From Octopus sinensis (taxonomy: Eukaryota), in contig NC_043002.1 of assembly GCF_006345805.1 (NCBI RefSeq), forward strand, positions 81,468,001 through 81,532,000: DNA of 64,000 bases, read 5' to 3'. Position numbers and translations under genes: made by a program. Within the stretch, counting starts at the first letter, position 1, and every line of letters starts with the position of its first letter. Positions 41,006 through 54,507 of the stretch are shown here, piece by piece. The notes under the pieces were generated by a model. The model was not told the origin of the DNA. It saw only the letters and a program-made list of their open reading frames with translations, and searched no databases.

Positions 41006-42466
41006 CACCAAGAACCGCGATAATAGCTTAGGAGTGAAATTTAGTATTTCTCAGTTTTCTGTGAATCGATTTTGATAAAACTTTTCCCAGCTGATTTGCA
41101 CACTATGAGAAAAGTTATGTCTTCATTATTCTGTGTGTAACATCCTTTCTTTTGTATTTCAGATTCTTCAGTTTTGGACTGAACCATCCTAATAGCTTAT
41201 GGATGAAAATAGCCCATCTAGACATTTTTTTTTCAGAAAAATGAAGGGTAATGATACATATCAAGCATACATTGAGTATATATTTAACAGAAAACCATAA
41301 CAATATTATAACATTTATTGACATAATTATCTAGCCACCTGAGCGCCATTTCGAAAGATAACTTCAAAAACCCAATTAGTCATGGAATATGTCAATTTCT
41401 TAATAGTAGTAGGTTGGACTGCCTCTGTTGCAACATTGATGGTGCCTATTAGACATCTTTCGACGTAAATTTGCGTCCATCGGCATAAACATCTTGTTTA
41501 CTGATGGACCAAAGATTTTCGACAGGGTTGAGATCCAGAGATGCTGGTGGCCACACCATCACTCTTTCACCCTTTATACCGTAAGACACTAGTAATTTTT
41601 GGGTGGTCCTAGCAAAGTGGGAGGGAGCGTTGTCATGCATTAATACGAGATTCCTTAGAAGTGACTGCGATATGTCATCTAACCAGGGATCCAAGACTTC
41701 CTTCAGGAGACTGCAGTAGGCGGCTGCGGTCACTTTAACACCTTCAGGCACCCTGACTGGGCCAACAAGTCAGTCCCCAATTATACCAGCCCACAACATG
41801 ACTCCCCCACCCTGCTATTGACGTCGTAAACGACTGTGACACTCATCTCCAAAGTAGACTAAACGTTTACTCAACCGTCAGGTCTGTCATGGGTCGCCCT
41901 GGTTTCGTCAGCGAACTGAACACAACTCATGTCTAACGTCATGTACTTTTGGCTTCAACCTCCTGTGACGGGGCATTAAAGGAGGCAGTTCCAGGTGTTC
42001 TCGCACGGAAACCATGATCTCGAGGATGCGATTTCTGATGGTTTTCAGAACATGAGGAAGTCGGGAGGCGGCGAAAATGGCTTTGCTTGTTTGTCCAGGT
42101 TTCCCACGTAAATTGTGGCGTTTCTTCTTTGGCGAAGGATCTTTCAGGTATCGTCTAACTGTGTCCACATAACGACCTAAGTTCTCCGCAATGACATGTA
42201 GAGAGATGCCTTTAGCACTTTCCTTGAAGACAGACTTTCCACGCTCCATTGTTCTTAGAGAGGAGAGACGCTATTAGCGTGGTTCGCCCAAAAACTGAAG
42301 AATCTGAAGTAAAAAAGAACAGGCGCTACACAGAATAATAAAAAATATGACAATGGTGTTGCCATAATGTGAAAACCAGCTGGAAAAAGTTTTATCAAAA
42401 TCGATTAACAAAAAACCGAGAACCCCTAAATTTCACTCCTAAGCTATTAGCGTAGTTCTGGATGTG
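41006..42466 (-). mobile_element. Full-length but disrupted Tc1-like DD37E (TRT-type) transposon with ~100 bp TIRs and TA flanks
   Basis: TIR core TAATAGCTTAGGAGTGAAATTTAG..AATCGATTTTGATAAAACTTTT at both ends; transposase motifs FADETRATHDRPDG, GGGVMLWAGIIGD and HDNAPSH(37 aa)E in DLNPVENLW; ORFs 41908..42249 and 41449..41751. Confidence 0.92.
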
Positions 42467-42502
<36 letters not shown>

Positions 42503-42505
<3 letters not shown>

Positions 42506-42595
42506 TAGAATCTCGCAGTACGAGTGCACCATTGTACGAATAATTTGCTGTACAAGCCGAGATGCGTGCGTAAAGTATTTGAAGACATAGATTTT
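42503..42595 (+). mobile_element. Orphan left end of a pogo/Tigger-like element
   Basis: TA|CAGTAGAATCTCGCAGTACGAG resembles Tigger-type termini; no matching right end found. Confidence 0.5.
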
Positions 42596-42619
42596 TGGGC
42601 TCATTGCTGCATTTTTTGT

Positions 42620-43822
42620 TAACTCCGTATAATCTTTGTTTAAGAAAATAATACTGGCAGACCCTCAGCTTACTCAAGAAATGGAGATGCATGCTGTTAT
42701 TGTGGCTATAAAGGCTGAGCATAGCGATTTAGAAATATCTTGATTTTTAAAAGTTGCCAGATCTTTTATCTACAGAGTTTGTAAGGAGCTAGAGACTGAA
42801 GATGGAAACGTATCACCACTATCAAAGCATAAAAAGCATTCTAAATGCTCTGAAATCATCAGAACACCTGAATTTATCCAGCAAGTTCAATAGACCATTG
42901 ATTACAATCCCAGAAAATCCATGAGGTCAATTGCAAAAGATCTCCATGTGTCAGAAAGAACAATCAGAAATGTTGTCCACGAATACATCGGATGTAAGTC
43001 TTATATGATGAGGAAAGGTCAGTTTGTCAGAAAAAGCAAAAGAAAATCACTATATCAGATCTAAAAGGCTCTTTAACAAACTGAAAAATCCAGCAGAAGA
43101 AGAGTTGATTTAGTTTTTCTCAAACGAGGAAAACTTCGACCAAGATCAAAAAGTTAACAGAAGAAATGACAGATGGTTATGTGCAGACCCTTCTAAAGTT
43201 CCAAGTGTTATGCATACAAGATTTCCTGCAACTGTCATGGTTTTAGGGATTGTCAGCAATGAAGGACATGTGATGCCTCCTTACTTTTTTCCACAAGGCC
43301 TTAGAGTTAACTCTGCCGCCTACATTGAGGCCCAGGAAATAATTGTTAAGCCCTGGATAGACAATGTATACAATGGAAGGTCATATGTGTTTCAGTAAGA
43401 CTCTGCACTATCACACATGGCTCTAGTAACACAGGAATGGATGGCTGAAAATTTTCATAATCACACAACCCCTAACATTTGGACTCCTAGTTCCTCAGAT
43501 CTCAATCCATTGGACCATTACATGTGGAGTGTTGTTGAGAGTGAGGTCAATGAACACGCCCATAAAAGCCAAAGATTCTTTGAAAGCTGCTATAGTCAGA
43601 GTAACGTCCAAAATGAACCAGGACCACTTGATTCAAGCATGTAGATGATTTAGATCACATATAGAATCAGTTGTTGAAACTGAAGGTGGCTTTATTGAAT
43701 AATTTTATAGAAAAGGTGTATTTTTATCCTCGTAGCATTTTTCGATAAAGTTATTACCTGTTATTATATATCTGTTTTTTTTTATAAACATAAATCTGTT
43801 CTCAAACATCTTACGTACCCTG
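42620..43822 (+). mobile_element. maT-family (DD37D) mariner-like transposon, disrupted, left TIR missing
   Basis: ..SMRSIAKDLHVSERTIRNVV..FSNEENF (D to N)..HTRFPATVMVLGIVSNEGHVMPP..VFQ*DSALSH(37 aa)D in DLNPLDHYMW; ends ..GTACCCTG. Confidence 0.9.
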
Positions 43823-45081
43823 TGTATATATACACGTACTCATGCATACATGTATGCATGCATGCATGCATACATACATACATACATACATACATACATA
43901 CATACTACATACATACATACATACATACATACATACACACAATGTGGCAATCCAACGTAGAGACAATTTAAGGAAACATAATAAAACCGCGCAGTGCGAT
44001 GTGATGATAAATTATTCATGGCTCTTAATCTCGATAATTCAAATATGTCATTCGTTTGTTCATCTGATATTTCTGTATTAGCACGTCATCCAGGTAGGTC
44101 AAGTGAATTAGCGGTTTTAAAGAGTTTCTTTCGAATTCTGATCTTTCATTTAAAGACTTGTTTAATATGTGTACATTCCTTGTTCTGGAGCTTTCGAGCA
44201 ATAAATTCTTATAGGTGAATACACAGGTTTTCTCATTCCATTACTTCCCTTACCTAAGAGTAAAGGAATCTTCATTAAAAATTGATGTCCAGTTGTCCTG
44301 CTATTTAATAACAGTAAAACTATGTCTTCGTTCTTCGTTCTTTTTTTTTTCTTTTCCCTTTCTTCGTCATCCGGTTAAGCGTGTATTTATATATGTTTGA
44401 AAATGTTCAACAATCATACAGGGGTATCATGTTAACTCACTAGATAAGTTAATAAAAATATGAAAACCGTACGGTACGGAGTTGGAATAAATTATTCATT
44501 GCAGTCAGTCTCAAAAAATTAAATAAGTTATTTTTAGGCAAACCCAAAATACAGGTGAAAACACAACCTGGTCACACTTGCGGTGAAGTATTGAATTCTG
44601 TCTATCATTTTATTCTTTATTTATTTTTATTTTGAAGCTTATTTGTCCAGCCACATATACCTTTTTCGTTCTGTAGCTTTCGTGATCTAAAAATTCCTAG
44701 AAATCAGTATCAGTAAATTTGTATCAGCTGACACAATTATTCTCTTCATTATAAGGGTGCACATGATAGACTGCTCTGAACGAAAGATCAAAATTCGGAA
44801 GAAATTTTGAAGGTCATATAATTCACAAGTTTGTCGAACCTGTACCATTCATTTATGTATCATAAATACACATTATATATGCGTGTGTATAATTGTATAT
44901 ATATATATATATATATACATGCATGCATAAAGACATATATACATACATATACATATATACATATAAATGCACACGCATACATAAAAACACACGCAAACAT
45001 ATACGTACATGCACACACATACATACATAAATACATACATGCATACATACATACATACATACATACATACATGCATACATG

Positions 45082-45113
<32 letters not shown>

Positions 45114-45404
45114 CATACATACATACATACATACATACATACATACATACACACACACATACATACATACATGTATATATTTCATATTTTACTTTAGAAT
45201 TTAATCTTGGAAAACCGAAATTAATTAAAACCAAACACTTTTTTCGTTTCAGTTTGTTATTTTTTTTATATTTTTTCCTGTCATTAATTTTTTTTTTTAA
45301 TTCATAAATTAATTAATCTTTCTATTTGAATATTAATAATGTGTTATGGACCGATTAAAACAACAACAAAAGTACTTTTTAAAAAAAGTGTATTAATAAT
45401 TATA

Positions 45405-45483
45405 ACTAATAATAATAATGACGATGATGATGATGATGATAATAATAATAATAAGAATAATAATAATAATATTAATAATAATG

Positions 45484-45568
<85 letters not shown>

Positions 45569-45671
45569 TAATAGAAATCATATTAATAAGAATGATAATA
45601 GTAATAATAATGATATGAATGACATCAACATCTATAATAATAATAATAATAATGATAATAATAGAAATCAT

Positions 45672-45753
<82 letters not shown>

Positions 45754-45760
45754 TAATAAT
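45405..45760 (+). repeat. Long (AAT)n compound microsatellite with a duplicated GATAATAGAAATCATATTAATAA interruption
   Basis: Interruption present at about 45566 and about 45655. Confidence 0.92.
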
Positions 45761-46069
45761 GAATGCAGAACGGTATTTCTTGAAATAACTATGAATGTAT
45801 AGACTACCATCTTTACAGACTTGATGTTAGTAATATAATATCGTTTTTAATCTGCTTCTCGCTCTTATTGAAATTGGAGTTAATAGCTTTGATTTTCATA
45901 TGCTGTTGTTGTTGTTCTTCTTCTTCTGCTTCTTCCCGTTATTGTTGTTAATATTGTTCTTTTAGTTGGTGTTGTTGTTCTTGATCTTGTTCTTGTAGTT
46001 TTAGTCGTTATTAATGGTATTGTTTTTTTATACTTATACTTATTATTTTCATTATTATTATTACTATCA

Positions 46070-46120
<51 letters not shown>

Positions 46121-46121
46121 T

Positions 46122-46655
46122 ATGGCAGAATCGTTAGCACACCGGGCGAAATGCTTAGCGGTATTTCGTCTGCCGTTACGTTGTGAGTTCAAATTCCGCC
46201 GAGGTCGACTTTGCCTTTCATCCTTTCGGGGTCGATAAATTAAGTACCAGTTACGCACTGGGGTCGATGTAATCGACTTAATACCTATGTCTGTCCTTGT
46301 TTGCCCCCTCTATGTTTAGCCCGTTGTGGGTAATAAAGAAATAGTTATTTCGTCTGCCGCTACGTTCTGAGTTCAAATTCCGCCGAGGTCGACTTTACCT
46401 TTCATCCTTTCGGGGTCGATTAAATAAGTACCAGTTACGCACTGGGGTCGATATGATCGACTTAATCCGTTTGTCTGTCCTTGTTTGTTCTCTCTGTGTT
46501 TAGCCTCTTGTGGGTATTTCATCTGTCTTAATGTTCTGAGTTCAAATTCCGCCGGTGTCGACTTAGCTTCTTATCCTTTCGGGGTCGATAAAATTAGTAC
46601 CAGTTACACACAGGGGTCGAGGACATCGACTTAATTCCTTCCTCCGAATTTGAGG
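46122..46655 (+). mobile_element. Three head-to-tail SINE group C copies (the later two 5'-truncated)
   Basis: 'gagttcaaattccgcc..cctttcggggtcgat..gtaccagttac' at about 46185, 46370 and 46540. Confidence 0.9.
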
Positions 46656-46714
46656 CCTTGCACTTCCAATAGAAAGTATTATTATTGTTATTATTATTAT
46701 TATCATCATCATCA

Positions 46715-46778
<64 letters not shown>

Positions 46779-46812
46779 CATTATTATTATTATATTATTA
46801 TTATCATTATTA

Positions 46813-46863
<51 letters not shown>

Positions 46864-46879
46864 CACTATTATTTATTAT

Positions 46880-47670
46880 CTTTGCACAGCTTCTAACGCT
46901 GGAGATGTACTACGGTGCCAGCTATTCACTACCAGTGAATTAAAGTAACACCCCTTATTTTTCGAGCACCATCTGGAATATTCAAGCGGTTCCAAGCAGT
47001 GTTGTTTTCTGCAAGTGCTCCACCCTTATTGCAGCCGCTATTCGTTCCATGTACTTCGCAAGAGTTTTACTCACTGTTCCCAGGGCTCCGACAATTATTG
47101 GTAATACCACCACCTTTTTCATCGACCACAACTGCTTAACCTCCCACGTTAACCTGTCATATCTATCGACTTTTCTTTCTTCCTTATCGCATACCTTGTC
47201 AGCTGGGTACGCTATATCTATGATCCAGTATCGTTTGCTTTCTTTCTCAATTAACACTATGCCTGGCTGCCTATTCTCTATCTCACAGTCGCGCTGAATC
47301 ATAAAATCCCATATAATTTTTACATAATCATTTTTGATTATGCCTTCGGGTTTATGTTCGCACCACTTTTTTGCTCTGTCAAGTCCATACTTATTGCAAA
47401 GTGACCAATATATTGTCATGGCGTCTCTTATATTCTTTCTGGGCAAGTGGCGTACATTGGTTAGTAATATGCCATACGGTTTCACGATACTGTCTACAGA
47501 TTCTGCACTTATCACTTTCTGATGTGTTATCTCTTCTGTATTTAATGTAATTTGTTCTCCGTGCTTGCTCTTGGGCAGCACAGATTAGAGCATTCGTTTC
47601 TGGTTTTAAATCGCTTTTAGTCATCCATAGCCATCTTTTTTCTCTGTCTTATCTTCAACATCCCTATGAA
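46880..47670 (-). mobile_element. R4/Dong-like RLE LINE 3' fragment (CCHC knuckle plus restriction-like endonuclease) between (AAT)n tracts
   Basis: ICAAQEQA..CRIC..ETVWHI..C..EYKRRHDN; KIIWDFMIQRD..GIVLIEK..IIDIAYP..K..RY..L..W..IIVGALG..LQKTTLLGTA; (TTA)n at 46675-46870 and 47675-47718. Confidence 0.9.
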
Positions 47671-47678
47671 ACTTATTA

Positions 47679-47718
<40 letters not shown>

Positions 47719-48150
47719 GAGTGAGAGAGCAGTGCATGCCATCAAAGTGACACTGGGGTAAAATATACGAAGCCCAATATACCCATCATGACTACCCGTC
47801 TGATAAAGGTACACCAGGCACATGCATCACAACCATATGTGCGCGACATGGTGATCTCATATCAAGATAAACAGCACATGACCTTGCAGGTGGGGCCCAG
47901 TTAGAATTTTCTTCAGGTTGAGCAGCCCATCCCGCTCAAAAGGTCTCTGAATAAGGGTTGTTTAAGGATGTTGAAAGAACCACCCATGTTTCCAGAGGTG
48001 AATTATTCAAACCCCAAAGAATCCCCCCCCCAACACATGGCCATGATGCTCCCCCACTACTTCTGCTCGTGATCAGAGATGCACATATCGTCAGCCACTA
48101 AGGGACATGCTCAACTGGTTAAGGTCAAACAACTGACAAGCAAATCTGTG
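47719..48150 (-). mobile_element. Second copy of element X (5'-truncated)
   Basis: Reverse complement matches about 37125-37556. Confidence 0.8.
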
Positions 48151-48183
48151 ATTATCATCATCATTATTATTAATATATATTTG

Positions 48184-48422
48184 GCGGCGAGCTGGCAGAA
48201 ACGGTAGCACGCCGGGCGTAAATGCGTAGCCGTATTCGTCTGCCGTTACGTTCTGAGTTCAAATCAAATTCCGCCGAGGTCTTTGACTTTACATTTCATC
48301 CTTTCGGGGTCGATTAAATAAGTACCAGTTACGCACTGGGGTCGAAGTAATCGACTTAATCCGTTTGTCTGTCCTTGTTTGTCCCCTCTGTGTTTAGCCC
48401 CCTTGTGGGTAGTAAAGAAATA
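48184..48422 (+). mobile_element. Full-length SINE group C with a 16-bp TSD
   Basis: TSD TATTAATATATATTTG at 48168-48183 and 48423-48438. Confidence 0.92.
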
Positions 48423-48489
48423 TATTAATATATATTTGACTTTATTTTGTATTTTTACAAATTGACTCGCTAGAAGTTCAAGTTGGTAT

Positions 48490-49020
48490 GTCGAGGGCGC
48501 ATATATTTGGCTTTTATATGATCCATCATTGACACTGCCTCGATCTATTTAGTCGTAAGCAGGTACCATCAGCCATTTTCACCATCTTCTCCGCCCACTA
48601 TTCCTAGGAAGGTCATGTGCATAGAGTCTCCGTGCAGTCCTATAAAAAGTAGCAGTCATTAGATTTCCCCACCCACACACCCCTGTCTGGATTCCGAAGC
48701 ACGACCAACTAAGACTATGTATATTATCATGCCATCTTGTTTTTTTGTCCACCCCTTGGTCTCCCGTCAGCTGGCTCGGCTTGAATAATTCGCCTTTCGA
48801 TTCTTTCCCACGATATTCTAATCACATGTCCTTAGTACTAGAACTGTGATATCTCAATACGGAGAAGAAACGGCTCGATCTGGAGAGACTCCTTGATCTC
48901 CGAGCTACGCACCCTGTCCAGTAATATTATTCCAGAAACTCTTCGGAGGAAACCCATTTCGGCCGCTTGCATTCTCGATCGTGCTCTTTCGATCATTACC
49001 CAACATTTGTGATGAAGACG
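48490..49020 (-). mobile_element. Decayed RTE (Expander/BovB-like) LINE C-terminal fragment
   Basis: Manual translation: CWVMIERARSRMQAAEMGFLRRVSGIILLDRVRSSEIKESLQIEPFLLRIE..GHVIR..GRPRGGQKTRWHD. Confidence 0.85.
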
Positions 49021-49444
49021 AAAACAAATAGGACGAAAAATGTGAACATACGAACAAAATGTAATAAATAAACAGAATACGGCCTTCAGCCCAGACAGAA
49101 AGACGAAAATATGGTCAACGCCGGGAAAATATTCTAAAGGATTAGCAGAGGGACAACGAAACGTGATGGGAGTGGGAGACGAGAGACAAGACGACCGGTC
49201 GCTTTGACGGTCGGCTTGAAAAAGAAGACAAGACGATGATCATAGGTCACGCGTCAGTAGTAGGAGGGAGAAGGAAGAAAAGTGATAGGGGGAAGACAGA
49301 GACACAGAGAACAGAGAGGGGGCAGCAAAAACGGGAACAGGTAACTGCACAGAAGTGTAGAGATGGAAGGGGAGAAAGTGTGAGAGAGGAGGGAGGGAAG
49401 AAAGTGAACATACAAATATGATATGATATCGATATGATATATAT

Positions 49445-49607
49445 AGGCGCAGGAGTGGCTGTGTGGTAAGTAGCTTGTTTACCAACCACATGGTTCCGGG
49501 TTCAGTCCCACTGCGTGGCACCTTGGGCAAGTGTCTTCTACTATAGCCTCGGGCCGACCAAAGCCTTGTGAGTGGATTTGGTAGACGGAAACTGAAAGAA
49601 GCCCGTC

Positions 49608-49650
<43 letters not shown>

Positions 49651-49865
49651 TGTGTGTGTGTTTGTGTGTCTGTGTTTGTCCCCCTAGCATTGCTTGACAA
49701 CCGATGCTGGTGTGTTTATGTCCCCGTAACTTAGCGGTTCGGCAAAAGAGACCGATAGAATAAGTACTGGGCTTACAAAAGAATAAGTCCCGGGGTCGAG
49801 TTGCTCGATTAAATGCGGTGCTCCAGCATGGCCGCAGTCAAATGACTGAAACAAGTAAACAATAA
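49445..49865 (+). mobile_element. Full-length, young SINE group A
   Basis: Complete head, CORE-like motif, internal (TA)n and tail; near-identical to 54078. Confidence 0.93.
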
Positions 49866-50030
49866 ACGAACGATAAACGATATATATATATATATATATA
49901 TTATTTCAGTCGCCAATACCGAATATATATTTCTGTTTTGTAAGATTTTTGAAACTGTTGTTGGAATTTATTTTTATCATTGGAGAGTCATTTTGCCAAA
50001 ACGATTCCACTTCTTTTGGTGGTGGTGGTG

Positions 50031-50083
<53 letters not shown>

Positions 50084-50094
50084 TTGAGTTACAG

Positions 50095-51830
50095 TGTTTC
50101 GGAGATGCTGTTTATACTTCACAGTTAAACTCCCAGTCGGTTGTGTAATAGGTTGTCTAAAGCATTTGCAACTGGCCATCACGAAAATAGAAATACCAAC
50201 CTATCACATTACTTCTTTTTGATGATCTGAAAATATATCGCCAAAAATTTTGGGTGACATGAAGGAAAACACGTTGGCCCAGTTACGACATTCTCAAAAG
50301 ATATCAGGATGGAGTATGACATGGATAAATGTTCTCCCATGGTTGTAAGAATCACAAACTCATCTAGTAACATTACTATCAATGGTCTGACTGCTTCTCT
50401 GATGTCTGTTGAGGAATACTATAACTACTTAGGAATAGATGAAAATATTTTCTATGATGGAACCTATAACAAGTAGAGTGTAAGCTGGAACTATAACGCC
50501 AGGATTTTAAAAATATGGTTTTCAGACCTTTCTGCAAGCAATAAATCGATAGCCCGCAATGTGTTTGACGTATCCATGCTCATACCAATATTTGGGCTAC
50601 ACTTTTGGGTATGAGGTGAGATCCGGTCTATTGAGATTAAAATTTGAAAGTTGTTAACCCAAATGAGGAATTTCCACATCAGCAATAATGTAGACACAGT
50701 TTCGTTAAAAGGCAAAGGGGCAAATCTACTGACTAACAAATACTGAAGTCTTGCCATGGATCAAGTCTACAAGCGTGAGGTCGAAATCGTCATGAGAGTT
50801 GAGAATGAACTCCTCAGAAAATAATCCCTGACTGATGTCATGAGGGCGCTGTTCTCAAATGGTTTTCAAAATGACAGCAGTATAAACTAACAAGTGGGAT
50901 ATCAGCTTTCATTTTGAAGGAAATAGGGAATAGGGAATAGGGATATAGGCAACCGATGCAGGTTTTGTGGAATTAACATTGACGATGTCACCCACAACAC
51001 AAGCAACTGCCCGAAAATGTTCTCACAGTGTAAGGTATGTTTTTCGAAGTCTTGAAGGAGACAGTGATAGTAACACGAAGATAATCCTTTCTTGGACTCG
51101 CGACTGCTATATTACATCACATTTTGAAGTCTATGTAATTGCAATCAAAGAGCAGAAGATTGCTGCCAAACACCTAATAAACAAAACAGACGGTGAAGCC
51201 CTTGGAGTGCCAACATGCAACAGAAAATGCTGATTATATCATATTTCTCTAGAAGACACCACACGCGATTAACAGTTGCCCAAAACTATCATCAATGTAC
51301 TACCTCCTTATACTGATTTTTTTTTTGTCGACAAACAAAAACAAACAGTATAGAATGCCACCCGGAAAGAAAGACTGTTCTGAGAAATATAAAAAAATGC
51401 ACCTGTTACTGAATACAAACACAAGCAACATTACAAAGAATACTGGTAGACCATTCCCATCAAAACATCTGTGTAAGCATAACAGACCGGATATTGTTGT
51501 TTGGAACAGACAGGTAAAAGTATGTACCTGATAGGGGTCAGTCGTCCTGCTGACATGAATATATCTTTGAAAATCAAAGAGAAAGTGAATAAGTATGGAC
51601 AACTGCTTCGAAACCTCCAGCATCTATATCCAGATTAGATATTCATATTAATACTAACAGTAATGGGTACACATGGTTTTGTGAGTAAATGCCTAACTTA
51701 TACTCTGGCCAAGCTTAGATTTTCAGAAAAAGAAGTCAACCAGCCAACCAACTCGCACATTACAAATGCAAACAGTAAGTAGAACAATAAAAATATGCAA
51801 GACTTTTCTCAGGTTAAATAACAACAGCAA
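50095..51830 (+). mobile_element. Decayed RLE-type LINE (R4/Dong-like group): RT C-half, CCHC and endonuclease
   Basis: LFDDLKIY, FSKDIRMEYDMDKC, YNYLG, LSASNK..ARN, SHFE.Y.IAIKEQ, CNRKC, HNRPDIVVW, LLRNLQ.LYPD. Confidence 0.85.
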
Positions 51831-53092
51831 TATCCCCGAGTCTCTATCCATTATCTTTTCTTATTCTTATTCTACTTATATACCTCAGCATTTTGCCTAA
51901 CATAGTTTCTTTTTTAACCAATCTACCCACCCCAGAACTGTTAGCAACTCTCCACAGTTTAAAGTATCTCTCCATATTCGTCCAACCGCAGCAGTACATG
52001 CTCAAAAATAAACGTGTCTCGTCTCAGCCCGATTACTCAAAAACCAAAATTTTGGACGTTGAATTTGTTTCTATCAGTTTGTCGTGGTGAGTTTTGGGGT
52101 GTTTTATTTTTTGTGATCTTCGACTAACGAATTGTTATAGATGCATTTATAGTACAATATATATATATATTTGTTTGTGCAGACATTTTTGACGCTCCTC
52201 TTCGTTTATGAATGTGTGTGATACACACACACACACACACATATACGTACATCTACATATATACATATACGTTCATATATATATATGTAGATACGTATAT
52301 ATATATATTACAATATATATATATATATCCATTTATATACGTATATATATATATATATACATACATACATACATACATACATGCATGCATGCATGCATAC
52401 ATACATACATACAAACAAACATACATACATACATACATACATAATACATACGCAATACATTCATTCATACATGCATAAACAAAACAAAATTTCATAGCAT
52501 GCTCTCTTTATCATTCTCCCCCCTCTCTCTCTCTCTCTCTCTGCCTCTCTCCCTCCTCTCTCTGTCGCGACTCTCTCTCTCCCTCTCCCTCTCTCTCTCT
52601 CTCATTGAATTCAGAGTAATAATTTAATTCCAGAGCAACACGTATCTCTCGTTTGTTTACAAGTATTTAAAAATGCCTCTGGCTCACAAGCAGAGGATAT
52701 TAAATTCATTAGTAAAATATTGTCAATACATACCGACTGACCTTCCTAATGTCGACAATTACGAAGCTTCATCTCGTAACGTCACCTCCTGTAGCGACTG
52801 AATTCCTTATGCAATTACATTCTCAGGATGTTCGTTTGTAAAACCAAACAAAAAAATATTTAAACAGAAAAAAGAGGAGAAAATCGCAAGTAAGCCATAG
52901 ACTGGTTTACATTTTGTCGTTACGATGTTTCCGTGAGAAATAGCCCGTCTTGACTACGTCTTTTTTCCGTTCTTTTTTATTTTTATTTTTATTTATTTTA
53001 TTTTTTTTGGTTTTTCTTCTTTGCTGTCTTTCGCATCATGGACGTTTAAAACTAAAAATGAAATAAAACAAGAACGTCATCAACCTAGCTTT

Positions 53093-53164
<72 letters not shown>

Positions 53165-53743
53165 CTCTCACTGTGCCTCTCTCTCTCTTTCTTTGTCTGT
53201 GACTCTATCTCTCACTTTCTTGCTGTATTAATTTATGTTGATGTGTGTGTGTGTGTGTGTGTGTGTGTTTATATATTAACATGCATGTATGCATTTATAT
53301 ATATATATGTGTGTGTATGAGTGTATGTGTGTGTGTATGAGTGTATGTGTGTGTGTGTGTCAGTTTGCTCTATCTTATATACACTGTTTATCTTTCTATT
53401 TATCTGCTTGCCTATGTGTGTGGTTGGATATAGGTATTTATCATCATCTATGTCTGCCTCTGCGACAGTCAACCCATATCGTGGTTGTCTGTCTACATGT
53501 GCATGCATGTCTGCGCGCGTGCAATTTTGTATGTTCGTGTATGTGTGCATGCGTGTGTGTGCGTGTCTGTGTGTATGTGCGTGTGCATTTACAAGTACAA
53601 ATAAACTCTCACGCATGTAGTTGATGCGTCTTAGTCACTTTACTGCACGTATCTGTATGCAATTCATTACTGTTCGTGCAGGTACGTGTACGTTTACGGT
53701 CGCACGTGCACGTGTGTGTGCATGTATGTGTGCGTGTGTGTGA

Positions 53744-53838
53744 GGACCGTGATGGACCGTGATGGACCGTGAAGTCTGGCATAGCATGGTAAATTCCATT
53801 GTCTCGACTACGAATGAACAATGATGATGATGATGATG
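53744..53838 (+). mobile_element. Very short RTE-like 3' terminus with a (TGA)n tail and a triplicated 10-mer at its 5' junction
   Basis: GGACCGTGAT x2.9, then DREVWHSMVNSIVSTT..*, then (TGA)n. Confidence 0.55.
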
Positions 53839-53908
53839 TGTGTGCATGTGTTTGCGTGAGTGCATATGTGTGTGCGTGTCTGTCTGTTTGTGTGTGTGTG
53901 TGCTTGTC

Positions 53909-53944
<36 letters not shown>

Positions 53945-54077
53945 TGTGTGTCTGTGTGTGAGTGCGAGCGCATTCCATATGTACATGAGATTGTGTGCAG
54001 GTATCCAAATTTTAACAGTACCTGCTATTCAAGTATGTACGTATATTCTCATGTTTGTCTCTAATTATGATACATAT

Positions 54078-54240
54078 AGGTGCAGGAGTGGCTGAATGGT
54101 AAGTAGCTTGTTTACCAACCACATGGTTCCGGGTTCAGTCCCACTGCGTGGCACCTTGGGCAAGTGTCTTCTACTATAGCCTCGGGCCGATCAAAGCCTT
54201 GTGAGTGGATTTGGTAGACGGAAACTGAAAAAAGCCCGTC

Positions 54241-54282
<42 letters not shown>

Positions 54283-54507
54283 ATATATATATATATATGC
54301 GTGTGTGTGTTTGTGTGTCTGTGTTTGTCCCCCTAGCATTGCTTGACAACCGATGCTGGTGTGTTTATGTCCCCGTTACTTAGCGGTTCGGCAAAGAATA
54401 AGTACTGGGCTTACAAAAGAATAAGTCCCGGGGACGAGTTGCTCGATTAAAGGCGGTGCTCCAGTATGGCCGCAGTCAATGACTGAAACAAGTAAAAGAG
54501 TAAAGAG
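54078..54507 (+). mobile_element. Full-length SINE group A
   Basis: As 49445; tail AGTAAAAGAGTAAAGAG. Confidence 0.93.
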
